From: Azolla caroliniana
Lineage: Eukaryota; Plantae; Polypodiophyta
Reading direction: 5' to 3'
Length of the DNA: 64,000 bases
NCBI GenBank assembly: GCA_043228905.1
Contig: JBHGNT010000021.1
Coordinates: 2,294,001-2,358,000 of the forward strand
A model generated the notes under the pieces. That model did not search any database. It saw only the letters and a list, made by a program, of their open reading frames with translations, and was not told the origin of the DNA. This document shows, piece by piece, positions 37,091 to 59,700 of the stretch. A program made the position numbers and the translations under genes. The number at the start of each line of letters is the position of its first letter. Position 1 is the first letter of the stretch.

Positions 37091-38417
37091 AATCCAAGCA
37101 CATGCTTGTTGTAAACTCGTATAATTTCTCTCTAACTAACACACTAGATAATATATGTACATATACAGGAAAGGAGGGAGGAAAAAGTTAATTCTTTAAT
37201 TCTTTTGGGCGCTAGCTAGCTTTTGTAATGATGCCAAACTTGTTTCCTGTTTCATTCCCTTTTAATTTAATATGAGAAGTATTTTGAGTGACTATATCTG
37301 GATATTCTTCATTAGATTTGAGATATCAGCAAGTATTAGCACATCCATGGTTCAAGTAAGGTGAAAAGTTATTCTGTTGGATTGTTCTTAAGTATCATTG
37401 GGTCTGTCAATAATTGATTTCAGAAAGTTAAAAGCTTCAAATGCATTTTTCATGAATCAAGACTGCTAAGATAAAAACCGGGGTTTCAAATTAGAAAATT
37501 GCAAGTCACCATGCATCAATAGTGTGCTTACTGTTTGAAGTTCTCATCTCTTGACTGGATCCTCTCATAACAAGTAAAATATATGCAAGTGCTAGTGAAC
37601 CTCAAGTCGTAAACATGCATTAACATGATCCATGCTCTGTCTCTATATTGATAAGCTTACAATTATATTAATTGCATGTAAAAACCACCATTACAACCAT
37701 TAAATCTTCTCTATTAAGGTAGAGGGTTATTCTCTAAAACCATCAGAAAACTTGAATATGGACTTGAGGAAACGATCCATGTATGATCCAATACCCAGAA
37801 GTGCACTGTGCCACAGGTAAGAATACCTTTCAATTTCCTAATGTATGCTCTGTCTCTCTCTCTCTAAGATTCCTTATATATACACATGTGCAAGTTGTTT
37901 TATCCATACCCCAATATTAACCTTTGATGATTCCACATTCTACATGATAAATCCATCCCAAGAAACATACATAAGTACCTCCATAAGTTCACACTAAGAC
38001 ATCAAACATATAATACAAGCAAAAGAAGAGGGCAGTGGCCAAAAAGAAATGGAAACAAGAAAATACATGTGAATAAACTAATTTGAAAATATTGATTTAG
38101 ATCAGTATGATCTAAATCCAAAGCTGTGTAAGTATGATGGTCAGTGGTAAAGCTATGTAACTGCTAAATATTACTAGCATAATTATGATATATCAGACAT
38201 TTATGCTAAAATCATGTACAACAAATTAAGATCAAAGCTCAATTACAAGAGCTCATCAAACCCTACGGGAATTAAAATCATCCACTCAATAGGAATAAAT
38301 CCATGATTAAACAAAACTAATTATTGACCAAGTTAGTTGAAAGACATAAGTATTACAAAAACAAATTAGCCTAAGGATTAATTAACCCAGTTATAGATCC
38401 CTATTTCAAGATGATAC

Positions 38418-38924
38418 TTTAAGCTCACTATTGCATCTAACTTTTTATAAACCATAAGAGTTGATTAATCTGAATAATCTATAATGATTCTAACTAATTA
38501 TATGGTGTGAAAGGAATAGAGATTCAAGTTAAACCCATGATTTAAATTCATTGAAACAGAATTGGAGATCAACCCCATGTGATAATTTACGTCAACTTTT
38601 TATAAATCATAAGAGTTAATTGATATGAATAATTCATAATGATTATAAATAACTATGTAGGTGTGAACGGAAGAGAGATTCAAGTTAAACCCATGATTAA
38701 AGTCATTGAAAAAGAATTAGAGATCAACCCCATATTAGAGTTGGTGTATAATAATTTAAGCTCACTATTGCATACAACTATTTATAAACCCTAAGAGTTA
38801 ATTAATATGAATAATTCATCATGATTATAACTAATTATAAGGTGTGAAAGGAAGAGAGTGTCAAGTTAAACCCATAATTAAAGGCATTGAAAAAGTTTTT
38901 GGAGATCGACCCCATGTTAGAGTT
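38418..38924. repeat. Three diverged ~160-180-bp tandem units between convergent 3' ends
   Basis: GGTGTGAA.GGAA..GAG.TTCAAGTTAAACCCAT.ATTAAA..CATTGAAA...GAGATC.ACCCCAT occurs three times. Confidence 0.85.
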
Positions 38925-39425
38925 TAATTTCAATGATTAGATGTTAACATGGAGGATTGTCAGTTATGTATACATATATTTACATAAGTGACAATCCTCA
39001 CACTATCTTTCTAACCAATTGACAAAGAAAATGAGCTTTCATCTCTTTTTTACATGAGTTTGTAACCCTAAAAAAACGGAAAGGTCCTAAAACCTAAACC
39101 CACATGAAATTGATGGTCTTATATCATGAAATAAGAATTTATTCCCATTCTAATCAATGAGGCATTGGTCAAAAGACCAATATCAATACAAGATATGTAC
39201 ATGGTATATTTGTTGCTAACTAATATATTTTGGTATATAATAAATAGGTGCACCCTGAAAAGAGCTGGAACTTGTGATAAATATATTGATACCATGTTAC
39301 AACTATATGTTTCATTTGTTGCGTTACATGCCTAGGAGGGAGATGAGAGTATGCATATTGTCCCTTGCTTTCTTGGATGTGGATCTTAGATTTTGCATGT
39401 CCATACATCATATTCAAGTGGTTGA

Positions 39426-49099
<9,674 letters not shown>

Positions 49100-49659
49100 G
49101 ACCAAAGGTATTATGCTGTCATTCCAAACTTAATGTGAGAAAGTATCAAAAGAGTTGCCAATTATGCAGAACGAGAACAACAAATATATCATAAAAAAAT
49201 TAGAAATCTTTAATGGAAGACTGATCTATGATATCTGCATTGTTTCTTAAACCAGAGAATATAAAAAATATCCCCCAATTCATGTTAATATGCTTATGCA
49301 GACAACACAATTATACACGGAAGAGACAAAAGGCTGCCCACAAGATATAATAAAGGTAACCCATTCAATTTTTAAACTGCCCAAAATCCAAATTTCCAAC
49401 AGAAGAAAGGAAAGACTGCTAAAAACGAATAAATCAATAAAATTGCCCGAAATAAAATATTAGATAAACATAACACCAATTCCAACTCTACAATGGAAAT
49501 TTTTGCAGAGACGGAAAACAATAAGAACAAAGAACATGAAAGACGTGACTCAAAATTTATGTGGTATGAAACCTATCAGTTCTAATTAAAATTTAGTAAA
49601 AACCAAAGACACCCAAAACTAAATCCTGAAGACCTAGATCTGCAGTATATATAGGCCCT

Positions 49660-50410
49660 GTTATGAACCAATTCAGCACAAATGTGGGGTCAACTGAATG
49701 ACCAAAACCAAATTTGGGGTTAAACTGATTATCCAAAATCAGGTGGGGGGTTAAATTAAGCATGTAAAAGTCACATTTGGGAATAAATTAAGCACCCAAT
49801 AATCAAATTTGAGGTTAAGTCAAGTGCGCAAGAGCAAATTCAGAGGTTTTTTGTTCAGATAAAATCAAAATTGAGGTAAGTCAAGCACGATAAAGTCAAA
49901 ATTGGGCATCAAGTGCCCAAAATCAAATTTGGGACTAAATCAAGCTCACAAAAAATTAAATTCAAACGCTGAAAAAAAAACAAAATATGAAGGTAAATCA
50001 AGTGCTCAACAGTCAAATGTGGCGATAAATCAAGTGAACCCAAAATCAAATTTAAGGTTACACACTGAGGGCAAAAACTCAAATTCGGAGGTAAAATGAA
50101 CTGCAAAAAATTTAAATTTGAGCTTAAATAAAGTGAGATGAAATCGGGCAAAAATAAATCCGCTTTGATAGTAAATCAAGTGCCCAAAAATCTAATTTGG
50201 GCAAATGGACCGATTAAACTGAAAATTGAGGTTAAATGGATTACCCAAAATACACTTTGGGTGACAATCAAGCTCACAAAAACAATTGATCATCAAAATC
50301 AAATTTATGGTAGAATTGAGTTTCCAGCGTCAGATATCCCGGAAAACTAAGTCCGTAAAATCAAACTTCAACGAAAATGGAGCACCCAAAATTAAAATTG
50401 GAGGAGAACA
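49660..50410. repeat. Degenerate ~32-33-bp minisatellite in the TPL 5'-UTR intron
   Basis: Recurrent approximate consensus CAAAATCAAATTTG(G/A)GGT(T)AAATCAAG(T/C)GC, roughly 20 diverged units. Confidence 0.7.
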
Positions 50411-51148
50411 CAACGAAAAAATGGGGTACATGAAGCTAGCTTTTTTCACATATCCCTTCCATTAAAATTGTGAGAAGAATGAAACGTCCAAAATAAAATT
50501 CTGGAAGTAAATCTGGTGTCGAAAATTTCTAAAGTAGAAATAAAATCAAAAGCGCCCAGATGCGAAACTGCCAAATTTTCAACAGAGAAGAGAAAGCCAA
50601 AAAGAGAAAACAGAAAAAATCAAAGGAAGAGGGGGGGGGGGGGGGGAGAGCGTACCTGTGCAGGAGATCGAAGCTTGCTTCTTCCTCCTATCACGAAAAC
50701 AATTTTCTCAGATTCTGACCCGGAACTACTGTGAAAAGAAAAGGGGGGGAAAGAGAAATGATAAGTGAGCGGGCATATCGAAACAAACAAATCAAGGAAA
50801 AACTGAGATAAGTGGGAGCGCGTATCAGATAAGAGAGAAAAATAAATAAAATAAAAGGAACAAATTGGGGAGTTTTTATTTTTTTTTCCCTTAACGCGAG
50901 GTGTCTCTATTCTCTTACTTTTTAGTCTATGTATGTATGTGTAATCTTTTGTTTTTATATCCATGAACAAATACATACATACGTAAATGAGAAGAGCTTT
51001 TCGATGACATAAGAGAAAGAGAGAGGCACGACTCGGTGATCACAATGGAATTCGGATCCAAACCTTCTTCGGATGGCACACGTAGGATTAAGCACATAAT
51101 GAAATTTTGACTTAATTGAGCACATAAGAATGAACATGAACCAGTATT

Positions 51149-51679
51149 TAACAATTGGCAGCAGTTCGGTTTGAACCCGAACTTAACCCCAAAACCCACT
51201 TCTTAATGGTTTAAACGGTTCCGTTCGGTTCAGTTAGCTTCAAATTTAGGTTTTGTAAATGGTTTAGTTTGGTTTGGTTCGGGGGTTTATCAATTTGATT
51301 TGATTTGATTTTGAGGTTTTACCGGTTAGATTCAATTCAAGCCTTTATTAGTTTAACAGTTTTCATCTAAAATGGTTTCAAACCACGGTTCAAAGGGTTT
51401 AAACAGTTTTAAAAATTAAAATTTGAAATTTTGGAAATTTTCAAATTTTTAAAATTAAAATCTGAAATCTTGAATTTTTAACTTAACTTGAAAACCAAAA
51501 CCAAAACACAAACCCGCAGTTTTAACGATTTAAAGGTTTGAAAGTCTCTAAAACCATATGGTTTGAGCTTGAATATTTTGTAACGATTCGGTTAAAAGGG
51601 TTTTGTGGTTTAGTTTAAGTTTCAATTTTTTAAAGCGTTTGAGTTTGACACCCTCGAACCTAACCGTTGCCGATTGTTA
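51149..51679. mobile_element. hAT-type MITE, copy 2 (531 bp), upstream of TPL
   Basis: 8-bp TSD CCAGTATT / CTAGTATT (1 mismatch). TIRs TAACAATTGGCAGCAGTT / AACCGTTGCCGATTGTTA. Subterminal GGTT(T/C)/AACCG motifs. Confidence 0.9.
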
Positions 51680-51859
51680 CTAGTATTGCCACTCCATAAT
51701 CACGTTGAAGTGGGGCACCACTCCATCCAACTCCAGGTATGCAAAAACAAACCCCATTATTAGGATGGAGATCTTATGTTTGTAGTTTGAGAACATCCAC
51801 AATGCATTTGATTATGTGCAAAACAAACCCCATTATTTGAATGGAGATCTTATTTCTAC

Positions 51860-52560
51860 GGTTCGACACATCTACACTCTGTTACCAATTCGTTCTTGGC
51901 TTAAGGCACCTCCCACATGTGAGGCCCCAACCATGATCCTCCAAATGAAGACTTTTGCTCTCAACATTAATTGAGATTATCGGCCCACCTTGATCACATG
52001 GTGCCATCAAGATATAGGCTTCTGGAATTTCCCCACTTTTTCTTTCATCCATGTATATCTCCTTCATTTTTCATTCCATGATAAACATTGCTCATTGATA
52101 TTTTGGCAAGACTCTTATTACCAACAAATGTCCAATTAAACATTTGTGATCCTTTGTCCAAACGTGGGATTGGATCCTACCATGCTGAGAGACCCTATAA
52201 CTTATAAGCAAACGATGGCCTTGTTTTCCTAAATTCCATAGATAATTTTTGCGTGACCAACATTGCATCTTGAACTTTAATCATCCTATTCAAGCCATTC
52301 AATTAAATTAACGATGAAAAAGCAATATTTTTGGTGTTTCCTTATCTTTTTCTTCTTTTTTAGAGAAGTAGGCACTCCCTCTCACCTCCTACCAAAATGA
52401 AAGAGTCTACCCTCAGACTCACAAAATCTGAACCGCTCAAATGTAGACTAGGAAGAAAACAATGAGCTTTTAAAACCTCCTCATTTGAATTACCATTGTG
52501 TTTGGGAGCTTTAAAACTTTTAGTACCATCCACATTTGTGATTGTCTCGGTCAATTAGCA
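51860..52560 (-). mobile_element. L1-clade LINE 3' fragment (zf-RVT region)
   Basis: Minus frame WHHVIKVGR*SQLMLRAKVFIWRIMVGASHVGGALSQERIGN parallels the 19062 motif. The upstream boundary is approximate. Confidence 0.6.
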
Positions 52561-55324
52561 TCACCAAATTAATATCACAAGGACATTGCCCAAAATGAAG
52601 CCCTTGACTTGGATTGTCCTCATGTGCACCAATGTTTTTATTTCGCTACATTGTTTGACTTACCTTTTCATGCATGTGCATAATAAGAAATGGACAATAT
52701 TTTAAAGCCTCCTCACTTGGATTGTCCATGTGTTTGGGAAATTGTGTTTTTCATGACTAAATTGTGCATGTCTCATTTTTATGCATGTATGTAATAAGAA
52801 ATTATGAGAAAATAGTATAGATGTGTACAAAGTTTTGCAAAGTTGTTATATATTTCCATATTGTTTAGGAGGAGACACCTTTAACACTTCGTGGCTTATG
52901 AAAAACCTTTTTCTCATGGGTCAAACATCTCTTAATTGATGTTTTACGTTGTTTTTTAAGTTTATAAATTTCACTAAACTATAGCTTTACATAAACAACG
53001 AGTAATACAAACATTAGAATATATGTTCAATATTGGGAAATATATTCACTACATGATTGAAAAGAAACAAATCGTTGCAAAGAAACATTTTCCCCATATA
53101 TTAGGACGTTAAAGTTAATAGTTGAAAAGCAAGATATTTAAAAACAATAGGTGGACATATGAGACATCACATAGCCCAAGAAAGTGAGAACAAAAAATGA
53201 GCAAAGCCATGTAGCCATTTGAGTTCACAAGGCTATAAAAATCGTAAGTAAAGAGACCTCATGAGTCACCATTACTTCTTCACTACGTGCTTTCCCAAAG
53301 ACATTGAGCTTAACTTCACACTAATTGCCAAACTTTTTTCTACCTCCTTACCCTATTGTTTCTCGTTCTCTTTGTTTTCCCCATGCCTTGTATTTTCTCT
53401 AATTATTTTATTCTCATTGCCTTCTTGCCCTTTTTTCTCAAATAAAATCACTAGGCTTCAGCACATCCATTATTGGAACCATTGATCAATTATGCTTGGC
53501 TATCCTTAGGTTAGGACCTCATCCTTTTGACGATATAGACACCATCAAAATATTGGCATTCGTGGTACATGACTACTACTATGGTCAAATTGGTGATAGA
53601 AAGAAAAAAGATGGAACTTCAAAGGGGTCCAATTGTTGTTTCAAGGCGTCACATCATTGCTCCTTGATATTCTCCTTCTACACCACAAATATTTTGCACA
53701 ATACTCGAGATACTACTCTGAAAGTGCCTATAGGGCCAAGTTAAACCACAAACATGAAGGGCAAATATACTCCCAAATGCTATTAAAATGGATATTCTTC
53801 TTGTTCCCCCCCATACATTAGAAGACAAGGAGCTCGGGCAATGACGATGATCTTTGAAAAGACCAAGGAAGTAGACCCAAACACGGTATGGCAGTAGCTA
53901 GTCGAGAAGAGCCAACACTACGAAAATGGTTCTTCTTCTTGTTTCCTTCATGCATTAGAAGACAAGGATTTTGGAAAATGATGATGATCTCTGAAATAGC
54001 CAAGGAAGGTAGTAGCTAGTCGAGAAGAGCCTTGGGAAACAACAAGGAGTGCATCGAAAATAGTCATGGTGGCAAGACTAAGCCATAAGGCACAATCATG
54101 AACGAGGGAGGAGTGGGCAAAGAAAGTCCAAAGAAACAAAGCCAATGAAATGAAATGAATCCAATGAAAAAGAGCATCAAAGGCTAGAGGAATTGGGACG
54201 ATGAAGAGGATTCTCATTTGAGTTCAACACCAATCTTAAGCCCTCTATTGTTTGTTCTATTCTTTATCCAACTATATGATCTTTGTAACCTTAAATTCTC
54301 ATTATATGAGACATTACACCTTGATCTTTTATCTATTTTCTTATACATTTGTAATGATTGCAAATTACCTTAGATTTCCCTAAGGTTTCAATAGTTCCAA
54401 TTGGGATGTGATGTCAAAGTTGGCCAATTCAAATTAGGGTGTCTCTCTCAAGGGTTCTACAATTGTTGTAATCTCGCATGTTTGAATATGAAACAAGTCT
54501 CTTGTTCAACATCCATATATATCCTTTAAATTGCATTATGTAGACATGGACATTGAATGGGATGGCGCAATAGATACTAGTAAATCTCGCAATTTATAAT
54601 AAGTTTCGGGGAAAATGTATCCAAATTTAAATAAGTTTTTCATAATATTAAAATGGGTTTCAACGTGGTGAGTCTGCACAGTGACAATATCCCCATGGTC
54701 TTAGTAGGCCTCACAAACATTGTCTTGATTCTCTACACCATGATTCAATTGTTGTCAAAACATAGTTGTTCAAATCCTAATACCAATGAACCCAATAATG
54801 AGGCTTATATACTTTTTAAGAGTTGTCTTGTTAGAGAATAACAATATTATCTCTTTTTATTCTTTACATAACTTACCCTTTTGAGCATGCACTCCTCCTT
54901 ATCCTTACATGGGCGTTTGGTTCAACCAAAAGTTATATCAACACACATTCATATTTGATGTTTTCTTCTCTATCATCACTTATGCATAACAAATTATCTA
55001 TTTCCCTTTGCCACCTTTAGTGGATATTGAACTCTTTAATCTTCTTGTTCAAATGGTTAGCTTTTAAATGTTTTCTCTACTCTTTTGTCCAAGGGTCAAA
55101 TTGGCAAAATCCCAACCTATTGTAAAACTTTAGTTTTGCATGTTTTCCTCTCTATGCACACAATTCCTACGTATGCACATGCCACATGATGACATTGCTT
55201 AGCCCTCTCCAAGATACACTTGGATCCATGAAAGCCACATTTTGTGGAAATACATGGCTTTGATTTTGCATTGGCAATCATCTGAAGAGGGATATGATTA
55301 TAATTCAATCTTATTACTTTGTGT

Positions 55325-56075
55325 TGTCGTGAAGATTTTCGGCTACGGTGAGAAAACCGGGAGGGACAAATAAAATGGGGATGTGCAACATTGCACATGC
55401 ACTTGTAAATTTGTGTAATAAGAATAAGTAAACAAAATGTAATGGGAAGGGTAATAATCTAAGGTGCTAAAGGTGCACCACGAAGTTCGTAGAGGCATAA
55501 ATGTGATGTGCACTTTGTAGAGTAGAAGGAGTAGTGGACATTGAGAGTGAATGTGATAAGAGAGAGCGAGTTAAGGCCCACCGATTTAAGATCAAGGGAG
55601 ATATTCCCCATTAAAGGAAAGGGGATTTGACTCCCTCTTGTAATGTGCTCACCCCTTACTATTATAAAAGAGAGTGATGGGTCACTTGTGAAGGGGTTGC
55701 CTATTTTGAGTGAGAGAGGTATACCACTTAGGTCGAGGGGTTCTATTCGGTTTTAGGGTTTCTTCTAGAGTTTTCTTCTTGGGTTTCTATGCTTCTTTGC
55801 TTACTTATCTGATTAGGGTTTTCTTGCAGTCATTTTGGGTGCGGCCTTGGTTGTAAATTTTTTTTGTGAACTCTTAATATAACATGTTGATGTTTCTTGT
55901 CTTGTGGGTGTATCTTGCCTCCATCTATTCTATTCTATGTTTATGTGCTAATCTTCCTCTTCTCCTCTTGAGTTAAGCTTCCATTTTGTGTCTTATTCAT
56001 TCTCCTCTACTCCCTAGTCCAAGACCCCTGTGGTCCCACCTCGGATCCTACATGTACTCGTGGAATACCGCGACA
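55325..56075 (+). mobile_element. LTR-like segment
   Basis: TGTCGTG...CGCGACA inverted termini, internal TATTATAAAAG, and a T-rich U5-like tail. No convincing TSD. Confidence 0.4.
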
Positions 56076-57036
56076 ACGTTCTCAAAAAATTCATCCAAAA
56101 TAATTCAATTATCCCATCTATAACGAGGAGTTATTGGTCAATGTTTTCTTGAAGGCTCCCTCATAAAGTTATGGTTACTCATACTCATTGAAATTTAAAG
56201 TACTTTGAATTATCTAGAGTTATTAATCAATGTTGGGCCTATTGGTATATATTACAATCTCTATAGTAAGTTGATTTTGTCATTCAATTCTGACTTGGAC
56301 ACTTGCATGGCAAATTAGGTGCACTCTCATGTTCTTAATTAGTACCAAAAGCAAGTAAGCCCACTTTTGATCATTAGTATATTGTCTACAACTTGCAACC
56401 ACCACATTGTCTTCAACTCTTCACCATAAAACATTTTTAAATGAGACTCAAAGTTCAATAACCATGGATGAAGTGTCACATCATATTATTCAACATTTGA
56501 ATACAATTTTTTTTTAAATGTAGGATGAGCTTGACTATTAACACATTTCCTTATATGTTTCAAATGGTTTACCATGCCTTCTTACCCTCCATGCTTGTCG
56601 TGATTCTCCTATGGTAGTACACTTTTGGGTCACTAAGATAGTTGAATTCATAACACGTAATTCTTGGTGTCCTCCTTGTTCAAAATGTTTAATTAATTTT
56701 GTGTGAGTGATTAAGTTGTTGAGCGAGTTTACAATTTATGTTAGTAGTAAGATTAACGTGTGGTGAGCTTTTTGTACGTTTCCATGGTTAAGTACAAGCG
56801 AAGAAGTGAAAAAGGACCATCTTCGAACATTATTTGTTATATGTTTAAATTTTGTTTGTTTTATTTTATTTTCCATTATGTTTATCAAATAAGATTATGG
56901 GCCCTATAAATTTGTATATTTTTTTAGCACTAAATTTATGTTTTTTCAATGTCGATAAAACCTCAGATGTGTCAATAGTATGGGTACCACTATCTCTCTG
57001 CTCATGCTCGATGATGATCACATGGCTTGTTGATGA

Positions 57037-57301
57037 CCCCTCGATTCCTCCCAATCAAAACTATGTGTCTAAATGTCTCACTTCCGCATCTCACCACACT
57101 TTTCACTTGCCACACCAATCAAATCAAAGTCTTCTTGTGTTTTTACAAAGCTTTTCCTTTGAGCATTCCCCTCGATTCCTCCCAATCAAAACTACGCGTC
57201 TAAATGTCTCACTTCCGTTGTCTCACCACACTTTTCACTTGCCACACCAATCAAATCAAAGTCTTCTTGTGTTTTTACAAAGCTTTTCCTTTGAGCATTC
57301 C
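57037..57301. repeat. ~130-bp near-perfect tandem duplication
   Basis: CCCCTCGATTCCTCCCAATCAAAACTA...CTTTTCCTTTGAGCATTCC occurs twice. Confidence 0.95.
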
Positions 57302-57685
57302 TTCATTCCAATTCACCCCACCCCAACCCCCACTCCCGCCTCACATCCTTTGACCTACTTCACCCCATATGTCTTCTCCAACCTCATTTGGCACACACCC
57401 CTCCAATGTGTATTACGTTTGACATCTCCATTGTCCTTAAGTAGCTCTCCTCCTCACGCGTGCCATTGGCATTACACACCTTATATCCAATCATAGTTAT
57501 ACAATTCTTAGCATACAATATTCAAATGATACACATGGTAAGTATTTTAAAATTATTCCACCTTTTTAAAAGAAAACATAAAATACATAATCTACCTCAT
57601 GATTACCCATCCAAATCTAAGCTATGCAGTGGGACTTGTGAGTGAGTTCATGTAGAACCCTCAAAGCTTTGTCTACATTGTGTCA

Positions 57686-57835
57686 GAAGGATCCTAAGGC
57701 ATGTTAAGTCCACAATGGACTTTGGAGCTTGGCAAGGTGCATTTACGCGAGTTGGGCTGAGCGGGTACATCGACGCTGATTGGGCAAGAAGCACTACAAA
57801 TAGAAGATGTACTAGTGGATACATGTTATCGCTAG
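57686..57835 (+). mobile_element. Ty1/Copia RT-RNase H junction fragment
   Basis: RILRHVKST...LSGYIDADWARSTTNRRCTSGYML matches the Copia GYxDADWA...RRSTSGY motif. Confidence 0.9.
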
Positions 57836-58068
57836 ATCCGAGAAGCTTTGGTGTGTGCTACTCGTTCCTGGCATAAAACCTCAAACTAAGATATACTTTG
57901 TGCCTACTATGGTAGCATTTGATGAATTTGAATCAAACCTCAAACAAAGAAATACTTCGTCACTATTAGGGTAATGTTTAATGATTTTGAATCATGCTTT
58001 CTAGTCACACAAACTTTTAGTATGACAAAGTATATTCAAGGATAAAAGTGGTTGCTCTTAAACATATG

Positions 58069-58482
58069 TGTTCAGATATCAAGCTCAACTATATAGTTAG
58101 TTAGTTAGTTAACCACGTAACTAATAATTACCTATATAAAATCTACTTAGAGGTGTTGACTATAACACCTTAAATAGGACCTTGTACTTAAGTGGGATAG
58201 TCTAGATCCTCCACTCCCAAGTACATTTAATATAGGGCTTACACCCTTGTACCTATATTCTCCTCACACATGAAATCTATATATATCTCAATGTTAATAT
58301 TTTTGTATTTGATGATGATGATAATAATTTGATATATAGTTAATCATCCCCATCTTGTCTTGTTGTTCATAGTGTTAACTTCCTCTCTCTTCTCTCTCTT
58401 CCTCTCACACACATACACACACATAACTTACTCACATAATTAGGTACTAAATAACCCTTTTTTAACTACCTAATTCTTAACA
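58069..58482. mobile_element. Solo LTR (414 bp)
   Basis: TGTTCAGA...TCTTAACA termini and a perfect 5-bp TSD ATATG (58064-58068 / 58483-58487). Confidence 0.85.
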
Positions 58483-59504
58483 ATATGCATGTCGATTCCT
58501 TGAATTTGATTTTTGAAACTGAGGTAAATTCTCCCATCCCCTAAAAAGCATATATATCCTCTTTGTAAATATGTTTCATCTAGAAAATGTTCTCCAACCC
58601 ATAATGTTTTCTAATAAGTCTACATAGTAGTATTAGCAATCAAATTTTTTTTTCTAAGTTATTATCTAATGAGAATTGGAAACAAGATGAAGGTTGAGAT
58701 GTATGTTTTGGAGAATACATATTACTTCTTGGTAAGAAATTAGAGAATGTACTAAAAATCAATTATATCTTGGCAAACCAGCTACCACACCAATTTGCCC
58801 AAAACGCAATTGAGAGAACATGGAATGACATGGTGAAGCAAAAAGTAAACTATGGTAGTAAGATCAAAATGCTGAAGCTGAATTTTGACCAGGCACTGGG
58901 AATATGTGAACTTTAGTGGATAAAAATGATATTTTAAGGCTTTAAGACAAAATGTGAAAGAACTATGTGGCTATATCGCGAAAAGAAATCGGCAACCAGC
59001 ATAGCTCACAATTCAGAACAGAATGATAGCATGAAACACAGAGGTGGACAGATATTTCATCAAGGAGGGGGATAGTGCCCTTGCAACAATGAGCAGATAT
59101 TCGCACTCCAGGATTAAGCAATCCAAAATTCCAAAAAATTCTATCTGAGCTCAGAATGGCAAACACATATCCAGCTTGAGGAATGTTGAAGCAAATAAAA
59201 CATCATAAGCAAAAAATAAGGTAAGTAAATGAAGGAGAGATGGACAGCTTCAACTACACATTTTAGGAAAAATGAGCCAGATATTTCCTGATCCTCTGTT
59301 CTTCCATAGAAACAATAGATACACAACTACACCTTTTAATGTTGTCCAATACATAGTCATCTGGCAAAGTTGAATGACCCCATATTGATATTATTTTAAT
59401 GTTGAAGAAAAATCTACCAACTAGGGTTAAATGAGAGAATTCATTGCTTGAATTCAGTAAAATGTAAATCTATTTGCAAAAATGTACTCCACAATCTTAC
59501 CACA

Positions 59505-59506
<2 letters not shown>

Positions 59507-59558
<52 letters not shown>
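59507..59558. repeat. (AG)n microsatellite, about 26 units, ~140 bp downstream of the eIF2B-delta stop (probable 3' UTR)
   Basis: Directly visible. Confidence 0.98.
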
Positions 59559-59562
<4 letters not shown>

Positions 59563-59700
59563 ATCGATTGCCAATAACAGAGTTCCAAAAATAAAACCAA
59601 ATTGTGACTCCTCCATGTTGATGCCTTCTTTCCCTATCTAAGGCATCAAAAACTATAGCCGATTTCAGGTGCCTAAAAACTTCAGGAAACACATTCAAAC

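Noticed and set aside
56852-57496. 214-aa ORF
   Set aside because: It has a non-ATG start, spans a 130-bp DNA duplication, and shows no recognisable domain or gene structure.
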